From: Nitrospirota bacterium | GTDB lineage: Bacteria; Nitrospirota; Nitrospiria; JBHHUU01 | Direction of reading: 5' to 3' | Assembly: GCA_046753905.1 (NCBI GenBank) | Contig: JBHHUU010000002.1 | Coordinates: 1-42,190 of the forward strand | DNA: 42,190 nucleotides | In this document: positions 35,339-42,190 of the stretch, piece by piece | Numbering within the stretch: the stretch's first letter is position 1 | How the letters are laid out: the number at the start of each line of letters is the position of its first letter | Translations under genes and position numbers: made by a program | The notes under the pieces: generated by a model | The model's database searches: none | Seen by the model: the letters and a program-made list of their open reading frames with translations, nothing else | What the model was told of the DNA's origin: nothing

Positions 35339-36915
35339 AATGAGAATGATAGATAATCATCACCCTCTCTTTTCCTTATCGCCTCTCTTGCTGCCTCCCT
35401 ATCATCAAATTTCAACCTCTTATCTTCAATGATCTGATAATCTTCATGTCCCTTGCCTGCTATAACTACAATATCTCCCCTTCTCGCAATACTTATTCCC
35501 TTTTCAATGGCATCCCTTCTGTCAGGGACTATAAAGTACTCTTTCATCCTCCAGTCATTATCACTATTACCCCTTATCCCTGCCTCTATCTCCCTGATTA
35601 TCTCACCTGGATCTTCGGTGCGGGGGTTATCAGAGGTAATAATTACAATATCACTAAATGCACCTGCCACCTTGCCCATTAATGGACGCTTACCCCTATC
35701 CCTGTCTCCTCCACACCCAAATACCGTAATAATCCTCCCAACTTCTGATCCCTGATCCCTGATCCCTGATCCCTGCCTTATTTCTCCTGCCCCCTTCTCT
35801 ACCTCTGACACTGCCATCAACAAGTGACTCAAAGCATCCTCTGTATGTGCATAATCCACCACCACTGTAAAATCCTGCCCCTCTATAATCCGTTCACACC
35901 TACCTGGGATATAGTCTGTCTCCCAGATACCTTCCCTGATACTCTCACAATCAATCCCCTGACTAAATCCTACCCCTATTGAGGCAAGGATATTATAGAG
36001 ATTATGTCTCCCTATCAATTTAGATCTTACATGAAATTTTCCAGCAGGAGTAACTGCATTAAAAGCAATACCATCCATACTGATCTCTATATCCTCTGGA
36101 TAGATATCAGCATCAGACCCCATTCCATATCTCCATATCTCTGCCCCTGTCTCTTCTATAAATCTCCTGCCTGATGGATCATCACTATTTATTATTGCCT
36201 TTTTGTTTTTTCCTCTCTTCATCTCACTGAAGAGTCTCAATTTTGACTCAAGATAGTCATCCCATGTCTTATGAAAATCAAGGTGGTCTTGGGTGAGATT
36301 AGTAAACACTGCTGCATCAAACTCCAGACCCTTTACCCTGCTCAGTTTTAATGCATGAGAAGATACCTCCATAATAACAGTGGATATCCCATCCCTTAAC
36401 ATCATATTAAATATGCTGTTTAACTCAATAGACTCTGGTGTGGTATTGGATAAAGGGATAAGTTCATCTCCAATCTGATATCCAAGTGTGCCTATAATGC
36501 CTGTTCTCCTCCCGTCTTTCTGAAAAATATTTTTTGTAATATAGGTAATAGTAGTCTTGCCATTTGTCCCTGTTATCCCTATTAATAATAGTTTCTGAGA
36601 GGGATAGTCATAGAATCTGCTGCCTATAAGGGCAAGCGCCTCTCTTGAGTCTTTGACGAATATTATGGGAATATCCCTTTCTGAAAGAGTTCTTATCTCT
36701 TGTTGACTGATATCCTCAACTACTACCCCAGACGCCCCTCTTTTAACTGCCTCCCCTATAAAGAGATGCCCATCTGCCTTCTCTCCTTTTACAGCAACAA
36801 ATAGAGAACATGGTCCTACCTTCCTTGAATCAAATGCAATATCTTTTATATCGCAATTCCTCTCGTTCTCTATTCTCTTAACCTTTATATCTTTTATAAG
36901 GTCTTTTATATTCAT
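35329..36915 (-). CDS. murE: UDP-MurNAc-L-Ala-D-Glu--2,6-diaminopimelate ligase, with a repeat-encoded internal insertion
   Basis: ITGTNGKTTITY, DYAHTEDAL, VFGCGGDRDRGKRPLMG, and DNPRTEDP (consistent with the mDAP-type DNPR motif). The C-terminal residues ...LSFSFSP come from the REP element. Confidence 0.9.
   Translation of the reverse strand: MNIKDLIKDIKVKRIENERNCDIKDIAFDSRKVGPCSLFVAVKGEKADGHLFIGEAVKRGASGVVVEDISQQEIRTLSERDIPIIFVKDSREALALIGSRFYDYPSQKLLLIGITGTNGKTTITYITKNIFQKDGRRTGIIGTLGYQIGDELIPLSNTTPESIELNSIFNMMLRDGISTVIMEVSSHALKLSRVKGLEFDAAVFTNLTQDHLDFHKTWDDYLESKLRLFSEMKRGKNKKAIINSDDPSGRRFIEETGAEIWRYGMGSDADIYPEDIEISMDGIAFNAVTPAGKFHVRSKLIGRHNLYNILASIGVGFSQGIDCESIREGIWETDYIPGRCERIIEGQDFTVVVDYAHTEDALSHLLMAVSEVEKGAGEIRQGSGIRDQGSEVGRIITVFGCGGDRDRGKRPLMGKVAGAFSDIVIITSDNPRTEDPGEIIREIEAGIRGNSDNDWRMKEYFIVPDRRDAIEKGISIARRGDIVVIAGKGHEDYQIIEDKRLKFDDREAAREAIRKREGDDYLSFSFSP
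35746..35773. repeat. Heptanucleotide tandem repeat (TGATCCC x4) inside murE
   Basis: Four exact head-to-tail TGATCCC units at 35746-35773, followed by a partial TG. On the coding strand they read QGSGIRDQGS. Confidence 0.9.
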
Positions 36916-36922
36916 AAGTATT

Positions 36923-36971
36923 CCCCCTCACCCTAACCCTCTCCCACGAGGGGAGAGGGGATGGTGTGGGG
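36923..36971. repeat. REP-like element, copy 4 (degenerate right arm)
   Basis: CCCCCTCACCCTAACCCTCTCCC-ACGA-GGGGAGAGGGGATGGTGTGGGG. It supplies the last codons (PSPLVGEG) and stop of the ftsI ORF. Confidence 0.8.
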
Positions 36972-38687
36972 AGTTATACCCCAATAATATATTATCTCTC
37001 TGGCAATATTTCTGAATACTGGAGCTGCGACACTGCCTCCTGTTGCATAACCCGCTGGTTCATCTATTACCACCAATATTATTACTTTAGGGTTATCTAT
37101 AGGAAAAAATCCTATAAATGAACATACAGACTTCCTGTGGGAGTATCTCTTTGTCACAGGGTCTATCTTTTGAGCAGTCCCTGTCTTACCTGCTATCATA
37201 TAACCCTCGATAATGGCATTTTTTCCTGTGCCTCTGTCTGATACCACCCCAGTTAAGATATCTGTTAATTGCCGTGATGTCTCTTTTGATATGACCCTTC
37301 GTATAATCTGAGGATGATTCTGTTTTACCACTTTGCCATCCTGATCCATGATCCTTGATATTACATAAGGACTCATTAAGAGTCCTTCATTGGCTACTGT
37401 TGCCACTGCTGTTATAAGCTGGATAGGTGTAACACCAATCTCCTGACCAATAGACAAAGAGGCAAGAGATAACCCCGACCATTCTTTGATATTCCTTACC
37501 AATCCTTTTACCTCTCCTAAGAGGTCTATGCCTGTCTTTGTGCCAAACCCAAAGAGTTTGATATATTTCAGCAGTCTCTCTTCTCCCAATCTCATGCCTA
37601 CCTTTATCATCCCAACATTACTTGATTTCTCTATTACCTCTCTGAATGTCAGAAATCTCTCTTTGGACTTGCCATGAGAAAAATCACGAATAGTCTTCCT
37701 TCCAATCTTTATTGTACCGTCTTCACGGTCAATTATATCTTCAGGGAAAGCTTTATTTTCCTCAATCGCTCCTGCGGCAACAATTATCTTGAATGTTGAA
37801 CCCGGCTCATATATGTCTGTAATAGCCCTGTTTCTCCACTCATCCGGACTATAAGAACTGATCATATTAGGGTTAAACCGTGGATATGTAGCCATAGCCA
37901 ATATCTCTCCTGTATCCGGATCCATTGCTATTACTGAACCACCCTTTGCCTTTGAGCTATTGATTGCCATATCAAGTTCTTTTTCCGCTATATGCTGGAT
38001 CACCTCATCTATTGTGAGTATCAGGTCATTACCACGGGGTACAGAGAGGTAATCCAATCCTGTTGGAAATAGGGTATGACCCTTGCCATCTCTCTCCAGC
38101 GTAATCTTTTCCTTTTTACCCCTGAGGAATTTATCATACTTACGTTCCACGCCTTCCAGTCCATGGTTATCAATACCAGCAAATCCAATCATATTACTCA
38201 GAAGATATCCCTTAGGGTAGAACCTCTGGCTCTCAATAGTATATTCTATACCGGGGATATTCATCTTTTTTATCTCCATAGCCTTCTTTCTGTCTACCTT
38301 TCTTGCAATCCATACAAACTTATCTCTCTTTCTTAATCTTTTCTTGATATATCCATAATCCATATTCAGTATAGTTGCAAGTCTCTTTGAGACATAGTCA
38401 TGATCCTTTATAAGGGAAGGTCTTGCATAGATAGAAGGAGTATCCATATTTACAGCAATAATATTCATATTCCTGTCATATATAGTGCCTCTCTCTCCTT
38501 CAACCTTAACAGTCTTTCTGATCATTCTATCGCCTATCTTATTCAGGTGTTGACTATCCTGAACCTGAAGATAATAGAGGCGATACAATATAATACCATA
38601 ATAGACAAATACAAAAATTGTTATAACAACAATCCTTCCTTTCCCCTCTGTTTTCTTCTCTTTTCTTTTATATATCTTCCTTTTCAA
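36933..38687 (-). CDS. ftsI: Division-specific class B penicillin-binding protein (PBP3)
   Basis: N-terminal TM helix. Transpeptidase motifs STFK, SSN and KTGTA are present, and it sits after ftsL. Confidence 0.9.
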   Translation of the reverse strand: MKRKIYKRKEKKTEGKGRIVVITIFVFVYYGIILYRLYYLQVQDSQHLNKIGDRMIRKTVKVEGERGTIYDRNMNIIAVNMDTPSIYARPSLIKDHDYVSKRLATILNMDYGYIKKRLRKRDKFVWIARKVDRKKAMEIKKMNIPGIEYTIESQRFYPKGYLLSNMIGFAGIDNHGLEGVERKYDKFLRGKKEKITLERDGKGHTLFPTGLDYLSVPRGNDLILTIDEVIQHIAEKELDMAINSSKAKGGSVIAMDPDTGEILAMATYPRFNPNMISSYSPDEWRNRAITDIYEPGSTFKIIVAAGAIEENKAFPEDIIDREDGTIKIGRKTIRDFSHGKSKERFLTFREVIEKSSNVGMIKVGMRLGEERLLKYIKLFGFGTKTGIDLLGEVKGLVRNIKEWSGLSLASLSIGQEIGVTPIQLITAVATVANEGLLMSPYVISRIMDQDGKVVKQNHPQIIRRVISKETSRQLTDILTGVVSDRGTGKNAIIEGYMIAGKTGTAQKIDPVTKRYSHRKSVCSFIGFFPIDNPKVIILVVIDEPAGYATGGSVAAPVFRNIAREIIYYWGITPHTIPSPLVGEG

Positions 38688-39010
38688 TATATCAGCCTCT
38701 TTACCAGTATCAGCCTATCATCCTTCTCTTTATCTTTTAATAAGGGATAAACATCTTTTTTTATTACTATTACCTGACCAATTTCAGGCCTTTTCATCTT
38801 TAACTTTGAGATAGCAATCCTTTCAATCCTTTCCAGAGATTTAAGTTCCTCTACCTTAATCAATAGCTCCTTATATCTATTATTTATCTTTCTCTTTTTA
38901 ATCTGTAACCCTTCTATCTCATAGCCGAGTTTGATCATGCTTATATGCTGCCATACACAGAAAAGGACAAAAAACAGCAGTAATAATACAATACCTACCC
39001 TTTTACCCAT
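38684..39010 (-). CDS. ftsL: FtsL-like cell division protein
   Basis: 108 aa with an N-terminal TM helix then a coiled-coil-like region. Position between rsmH and ftsI, with a 4-nt overlap of the ftsI start. Confidence 0.7.
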   Translation of the reverse strand: MGKRVGIVLLLLFFVLFCVWQHISMIKLGYEIEGLQIKKRKINNRYKELLIKVEELKSLERIERIAISKLKMKRPEIGQVIVIKKDVYPLLKDKEKDDRLILVKRLIY

Positions 39011-39047
39011 CTCTTATACTTCTCCTCTTCATAATTCATAATTCAAG

Positions 39048-39983
39048 TTATATCCTCTCAGCAACTCTGAGTTTTGCACTTCTTGCCCTTTGATTACAGG
39101 TTATCTCTTCCATATCAGGAACAACAGGCCTTTTAGTAACTATAGATAGAGTAGCCTTTCCATTACATACACATTGATAAAGTTCCGGAGGACATATACA
39201 CCCCTTTGCCAACCTCCTGAAGGTCTCTTTTACACATCTATCCTCAAGGGAATGATAGGATAATATAGATATCCTCCCTGATATATTTAACAGAGTGGAT
39301 GCCATTTTAACAGCCCCTCCTAAAAACTCTAACTCCCTGTTTACTGCAATCCTCAAAGCCTGAAAGGTCCTGGTGGCAGGATGAATTCTTCTATATCGAT
39401 ATGAACCTGGAATGGAATATGTTACAATGTCAGCCAGTCGTAAGGTGGTCTCAATGGGTTTGACTGCCCTCTCTATGATAATCTTCCTTGCAATCCTCTT
39501 AGCCCATCTCTCTTCCCCATATTCTTTTATAATAATTGCGAGTCTCTCTTCACTCTCCTTATTTACTATATCAGATGCTCTCTCATCACTATCTCTATCC
39601 ATCCGCATATCAAGCGGTCCATCTCTTTGAAAACTGAATCCTCTTTCACTCTCATCTATCTGAAATGATGACATACCTAAATCAATAAGGATGCCATCAA
39701 CCCTATATATCCCCTCCTCTCCAAGAATCCTTTGCATCTCAAAGAAATTGCCATGTCTTAAAATTACCCTCTTTTTATATTTTCTTAATCTGAAAGCAGC
39801 CCTTTCAAGCGCCTCTCTGTCACGATCAATACCTATCAATATCCCATCTGGAGATATTATTTTTAGAACTGCCTCTGCATGACCTCCCCCTCCTATTGTA
39901 CAATCAACATATATTCCTCCCTCTTTACACCTGAGGAACTCCACAACCTTATCCAATAAGACTGGAATATGTCTGATTGTCAT
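39048..39983 (-). CDS. rsmH: 16S rRNA (cytosine1402-N4)-methyltransferase
   Basis: HIPVLLDKV, YVDCTIGGGGHA, DLGMSS.Q.D...RGFSF, SYHSLEDR. Confidence 0.92.
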   Translation of the reverse strand: MTIRHIPVLLDKVVEFLRCKEGGIYVDCTIGGGGHAEAVLKIISPDGILIGIDRDREALERAAFRLRKYKKRVILRHGNFFEMQRILGEEGIYRVDGILIDLGMSSFQIDESERGFSFQRDGPLDMRMDRDSDERASDIVNKESEERLAIIIKEYGEERWAKRIARKIIIERAVKPIETTLRLADIVTYSIPGSYRYRRIHPATRTFQALRIAVNRELEFLGGAVKMASTLLNISGRISILSYHSLEDRCVKETFRRLAKGCICPPELYQCVCNGKATLSIVTKRPVVPDMEEITCNQRARSAKLRVAERI

Positions 39984-39989
39984 GTTTAT

Positions 39990-40442
39990 TTAACTAACTC
40001 TCTCTTCAGACCAAAATGATGCCATCTTCCTGCGGATCTTTTCATTCTCTCCATTTCTCTCTATATCCTCTTCCATCCCCTTGTCCCATATTTCAATCTT
40101 ATTGTAGACTCCTATAAATATTACCTCACTGTTCAACCCTACATATTCTTTTAATTTTTGAGGGATAAGTATTCTTCCCTGTTTATCTATTACACAGTCC
40201 TGCAATCTCAGATTGACCCTTCTCCAATATGCTAAGATATCATGGTCAATCATAGAGAGTTTACTCATCTTTTCCTCTATAACCTTCCATTCACCCAGTG
40301 GATATAGAGAAAGACATCTGTCAAGTTCTACAGTAATAATAAGCCTGTCATCATACCTATTATTTATAATCTCACGATATCTTATAGGGATACTAACACG
40401 GCATTTAGAATCAAGACTATGTATATAAGACCCTCTAAACAA
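39990..40442 (-). CDS. mraZ: Transcriptional regulator MraZ
   Basis: 150 aa with a TTG start. MFRGSYIHSLDSKCRVSIPIRYR and the second repeat DKQGRILIPQKL match the two SpoVT-AbrB-like halves. It is the first gene of the dcw cluster. Confidence 0.9.
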   Translation of the reverse strand: MFRGSYIHSLDSKCRVSIPIRYREIINNRYDDRLIITVELDRCLSLYPLGEWKVIEEKMSKLSMIDHDILAYWRRVNLRLQDCVIDKQGRILIPQKLKEYVGLNSEVIFIGVYNKIEIWDKGMEEDIERNGENEKIRRKMASFWSEERVS

Positions 40443-40450
40443 AAAAATCT

Positions 40451-40465
40451 CCCACTTTTTCCCAC
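40451..40465 (-). promoter_or_regulatory. Two direct GTGGG boxes with 5-nt spacer: candidate MraZ operator
   Basis: The minus strand reads GTGGGAAAAAGTGGG. It lies between the candidate -10 and the mraZ start. Confidence 0.5.
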
Positions 40466-40486
40466 TTGATGGGTTTTCATTTGGTA

Positions 40487-40514
40487 ATCATACCACAAGA
40501 TTTGCTCTTGTCAA
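40487..40514 (-). promoter_or_regulatory. Candidate Pmra promoter (TTGACA-16-TATGAT with TGn extension)
   Basis: On the minus strand, TTGACA is at 40514-40509 and TGGTATGAT ends at 40487. Confidence 0.55.
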
Positions 40515-40612
40515 GAAAAAAGACATTTACTGATATCTATTCATTATGGGATACTAAAAAGTGATAATGGCAGGAGTCTGAAGCAGTTTTGACAGCAGAG
40601 ATATTTGCTGTT

Positions 40613-41446
40613 TTAAGGTCTTTTTGAGATAAGCCTTGCTGTAACAGAACCTATTATTATTCTGGTCTTCATTAAGACAGGGATTCTGTATTCATCATCT
40701 GTAAACCATATATAGACATCTCCCTTGTTGATAAATATCCCTTCAAATCTAAGAAGCACCTTTGTTTTAATTGTATCCAGATAACCGAATGGGGTCTTTA
40801 CCTTTTCTTTGCCAAGCATTTTGATCTCAAGTTTCCAGTTTTTTCCGTTTTCATGTACATCAATAAACACAGAGTCATCCACACTGATATCATCAACAGT
40901 CCTGAAATAATAGAGACAGGAGAGAGAATTCTGAACCATCGGCGGGATATCATGTTTTGATTCCTTGTTCCCTTTGATCGTAATGGCAAGATGACTATCC
41001 TGGTTAAATATGATCTTCTTATCCTTTTTCCTCTTTCCTTCACGCTGTCGGACATCTATATAATATGGATATAACTCCTCTGAATCAATAATAGTCTCTA
41101 TCCTGTCGTCTACAGGATAAAAAATGGAGAATAGTTTACTAGACTCTGCCCTTGATATAATTCTATAGACCTCTTTATTATATGGATATCTCTTTTCATC
41201 CATATATCTTATCTTCCTTGCTTTAAGATAATCCTTTATCTTAATCTTCTCTGGAATCTCTAATATTGCAGTACCAGCACTTATCCCAAACCATGAGATA
41301 TTATATACAAACCTCTCCCTATCTGAGAATGGAGATATTTCTTTCTTCCTGCCATCCTCAGTAGTTCCCATTAGAGGATTATGCAGTATCAATACAAGCA
41401 GGATTGCTGCTAATATTGTGACCTTTTTAAATAATTTTTTATTCAT
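40613..41446 (-). CDS. DUF3108 family secreted protein
   Basis: 277 aa with a signal peptide. FVYNISWFGISAGTAILEI resembles the DUF3108 N-terminal motif. Confidence 0.6.
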   Translation of the reverse strand: MNKKLFKKVTILAAILLVLILHNPLMGTTEDGRKKEISPFSDRERFVYNISWFGISAGTAILEIPEKIKIKDYLKARKIRYMDEKRYPYNKEVYRIISRAESSKLFSIFYPVDDRIETIIDSEELYPYYIDVRQREGKRKKDKKIIFNQDSHLAITIKGNKESKHDIPPMVQNSLSCLYYFRTVDDISVDDSVFIDVHENGKNWKLEIKMLGKEKVKTPFGYLDTIKTKVLLRFEGIFINKGDVYIWFTDDEYRIPVLMKTRIIIGSVTARLISKRP

Positions 41447-41471
41447 AAACTAATTCTAACTATTCAGCTAA

Positions 41472-41987
41472 TCACCTTTTTATTACAGTTCTTGTAAGAA
41501 TAACGCCCAGTACACCACCAATGCAATTCATCCATACATCCCTTAAATCAAAGACCCTATTCGGCAATATCCATTGAATCCCCTCATCAATAAATCCTAT
41601 CAGGAATATAATTAATAAGGTGGTAATATAAAACAACGCTCCCTCTAAATTAAAACTTACGGCATTATATATCAGATAACCTGAGATACCATATTCCAAG
41701 AGATGGATCCTCTCCTCAGGAAGATTTAAAGGGATAATAAAGAACACATATAATATAGCAATAGCTCCTAACCAGATATATGTCCCTATATTATTTATTT
41801 TCTCAATGATATATATATAACAAAAAAGAGAGATACCTGCACATACAAATATAATATATACGAATATACTAAACCCTTCTCCAAATAAACCTTTCAAGTA
41901 ATTGAGGATGGGACGCATAATAGGTAGCGTAAGATAGATGAGAAGCGTATATAAAATTACGGCACTCCACGCGGCCTTTTTATTCAA
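41472..41987 (-). CDS. VanZ-like integral membrane protein
   Basis: 171 aa with about 5 TM helices. IDEGIQWILPNRVFDLRDVWMNCIGGVLG matches the VanZ family motif. Confidence 0.6.
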   Translation of the reverse strand: MNKKAAWSAVILYTLLIYLTLPIMRPILNYLKGLFGEGFSIFVYIIFVCAGISLFCYIYIIEKINNIGTYIWLGAIAILYVFFIIPLNLPEERIHLLEYGISGYLIYNAVSFNLEGALFYITTLLIIFLIGFIDEGIQWILPNRVFDLRDVWMNCIGGVLGVILTRTVIKR

Positions 41988-42122
41988 TTCTTGATAACCT
42001 CCAGTATCTATTTTATATTATCTTGATATTAATAACATGATTCTCTATTATTATTGTTCCCTTTGATATAGAAGATAAATAGAGAAAAAAACAGAACTGA
42101 CACCTTAATGATTATATCTTTT

Positions 42123-42160
42123 CGGTAACTATTCATCTAATACAGAGCAAGGGGTTCCAA
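42123..42160 (+). repeat. About 40-nt repeat, inverted copy of 14712-14749
   Basis: CGGTAACTATTCATCTAATACAGAGCAAGGGGTTCCAA aligns with the reverse complement of 14712-14749 (CCGTAACTATTCAGCTATTACAGAGCAAGGGTTCCAAG). The core TAACTATTCAGC also occurs at 13336-13348 and 41457-41470. Confidence 0.7.
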
Positions 42161-42190
42161 AGACTTTATAATGCGTATGATTATAATAAG

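Noticed and set aside
1-42190. CRISPR arrays, tRNA, rRNA and insertion-sequence transposases
   Set aside because: There are no regularly spaced 25-40-nt direct repeats. No cloverleaf-like or rRNA-like conserved segments were noticed in the intergenic regions. No transposase-like ORF is present, and the only recombinase is IntI.

Overview
Visibly AT-rich bacterial chromosomal window; I cannot assign the taxon from sequence alone. It has six blocks. (1) 1-4593 is a chromosomal integron. An intact integron integrase gene (3607-4593, +) faces away from an attI region and an array of at least six cassettes on the minus strand, which continues past the left edge. Cassette cargo is mostly small toxin-antitoxin-like pairs (DUF4160/DUF2442, two DUF4258 pairs, HicAB), plus one unclassifiable membrane protein and one ORF-less spacer. 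(2) 4837-13232 (+) is a seven-gene MoxR / DUF58 / VWA 'Bat' (Bacteroides aerotolerance-type) operon. (3) 13233-14960 is a decayed accessory patch holding DUF1016 nuclease remnants, an orphan DUF433 gene and an internally deleted SF1 helicase. (4) 14962-20311 holds a TPR lipoprotein, cobQ, apt and a short sigma-70 family factor. (5) 20442-40442 (-) is a complete dcw cluster: mraZ-rsmH-ftsL-ftsI-murE-murF-mraY-murD-ftsW-murG-murC-murB-ddl-[PBP-like + porin]-ftsQ-ftsA-ftsZ. Two envelope genes are inserted between ddl and ftsQ. Several junctions carry palindromic REP-like elements and heptanucleotide repeats, one of them inside murE. (6) 40613-41987 (-) holds DUF3108 and VanZ-like genes. I saw no rRNA, tRNA or CRISPR array. 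The most promising place for undescribed biology is the integron cassette array, especially the orphan membrane-protein cassette at 707-1341 and the ORF-less cassette. All family assignments come from motif recognition by eye, not from searches.
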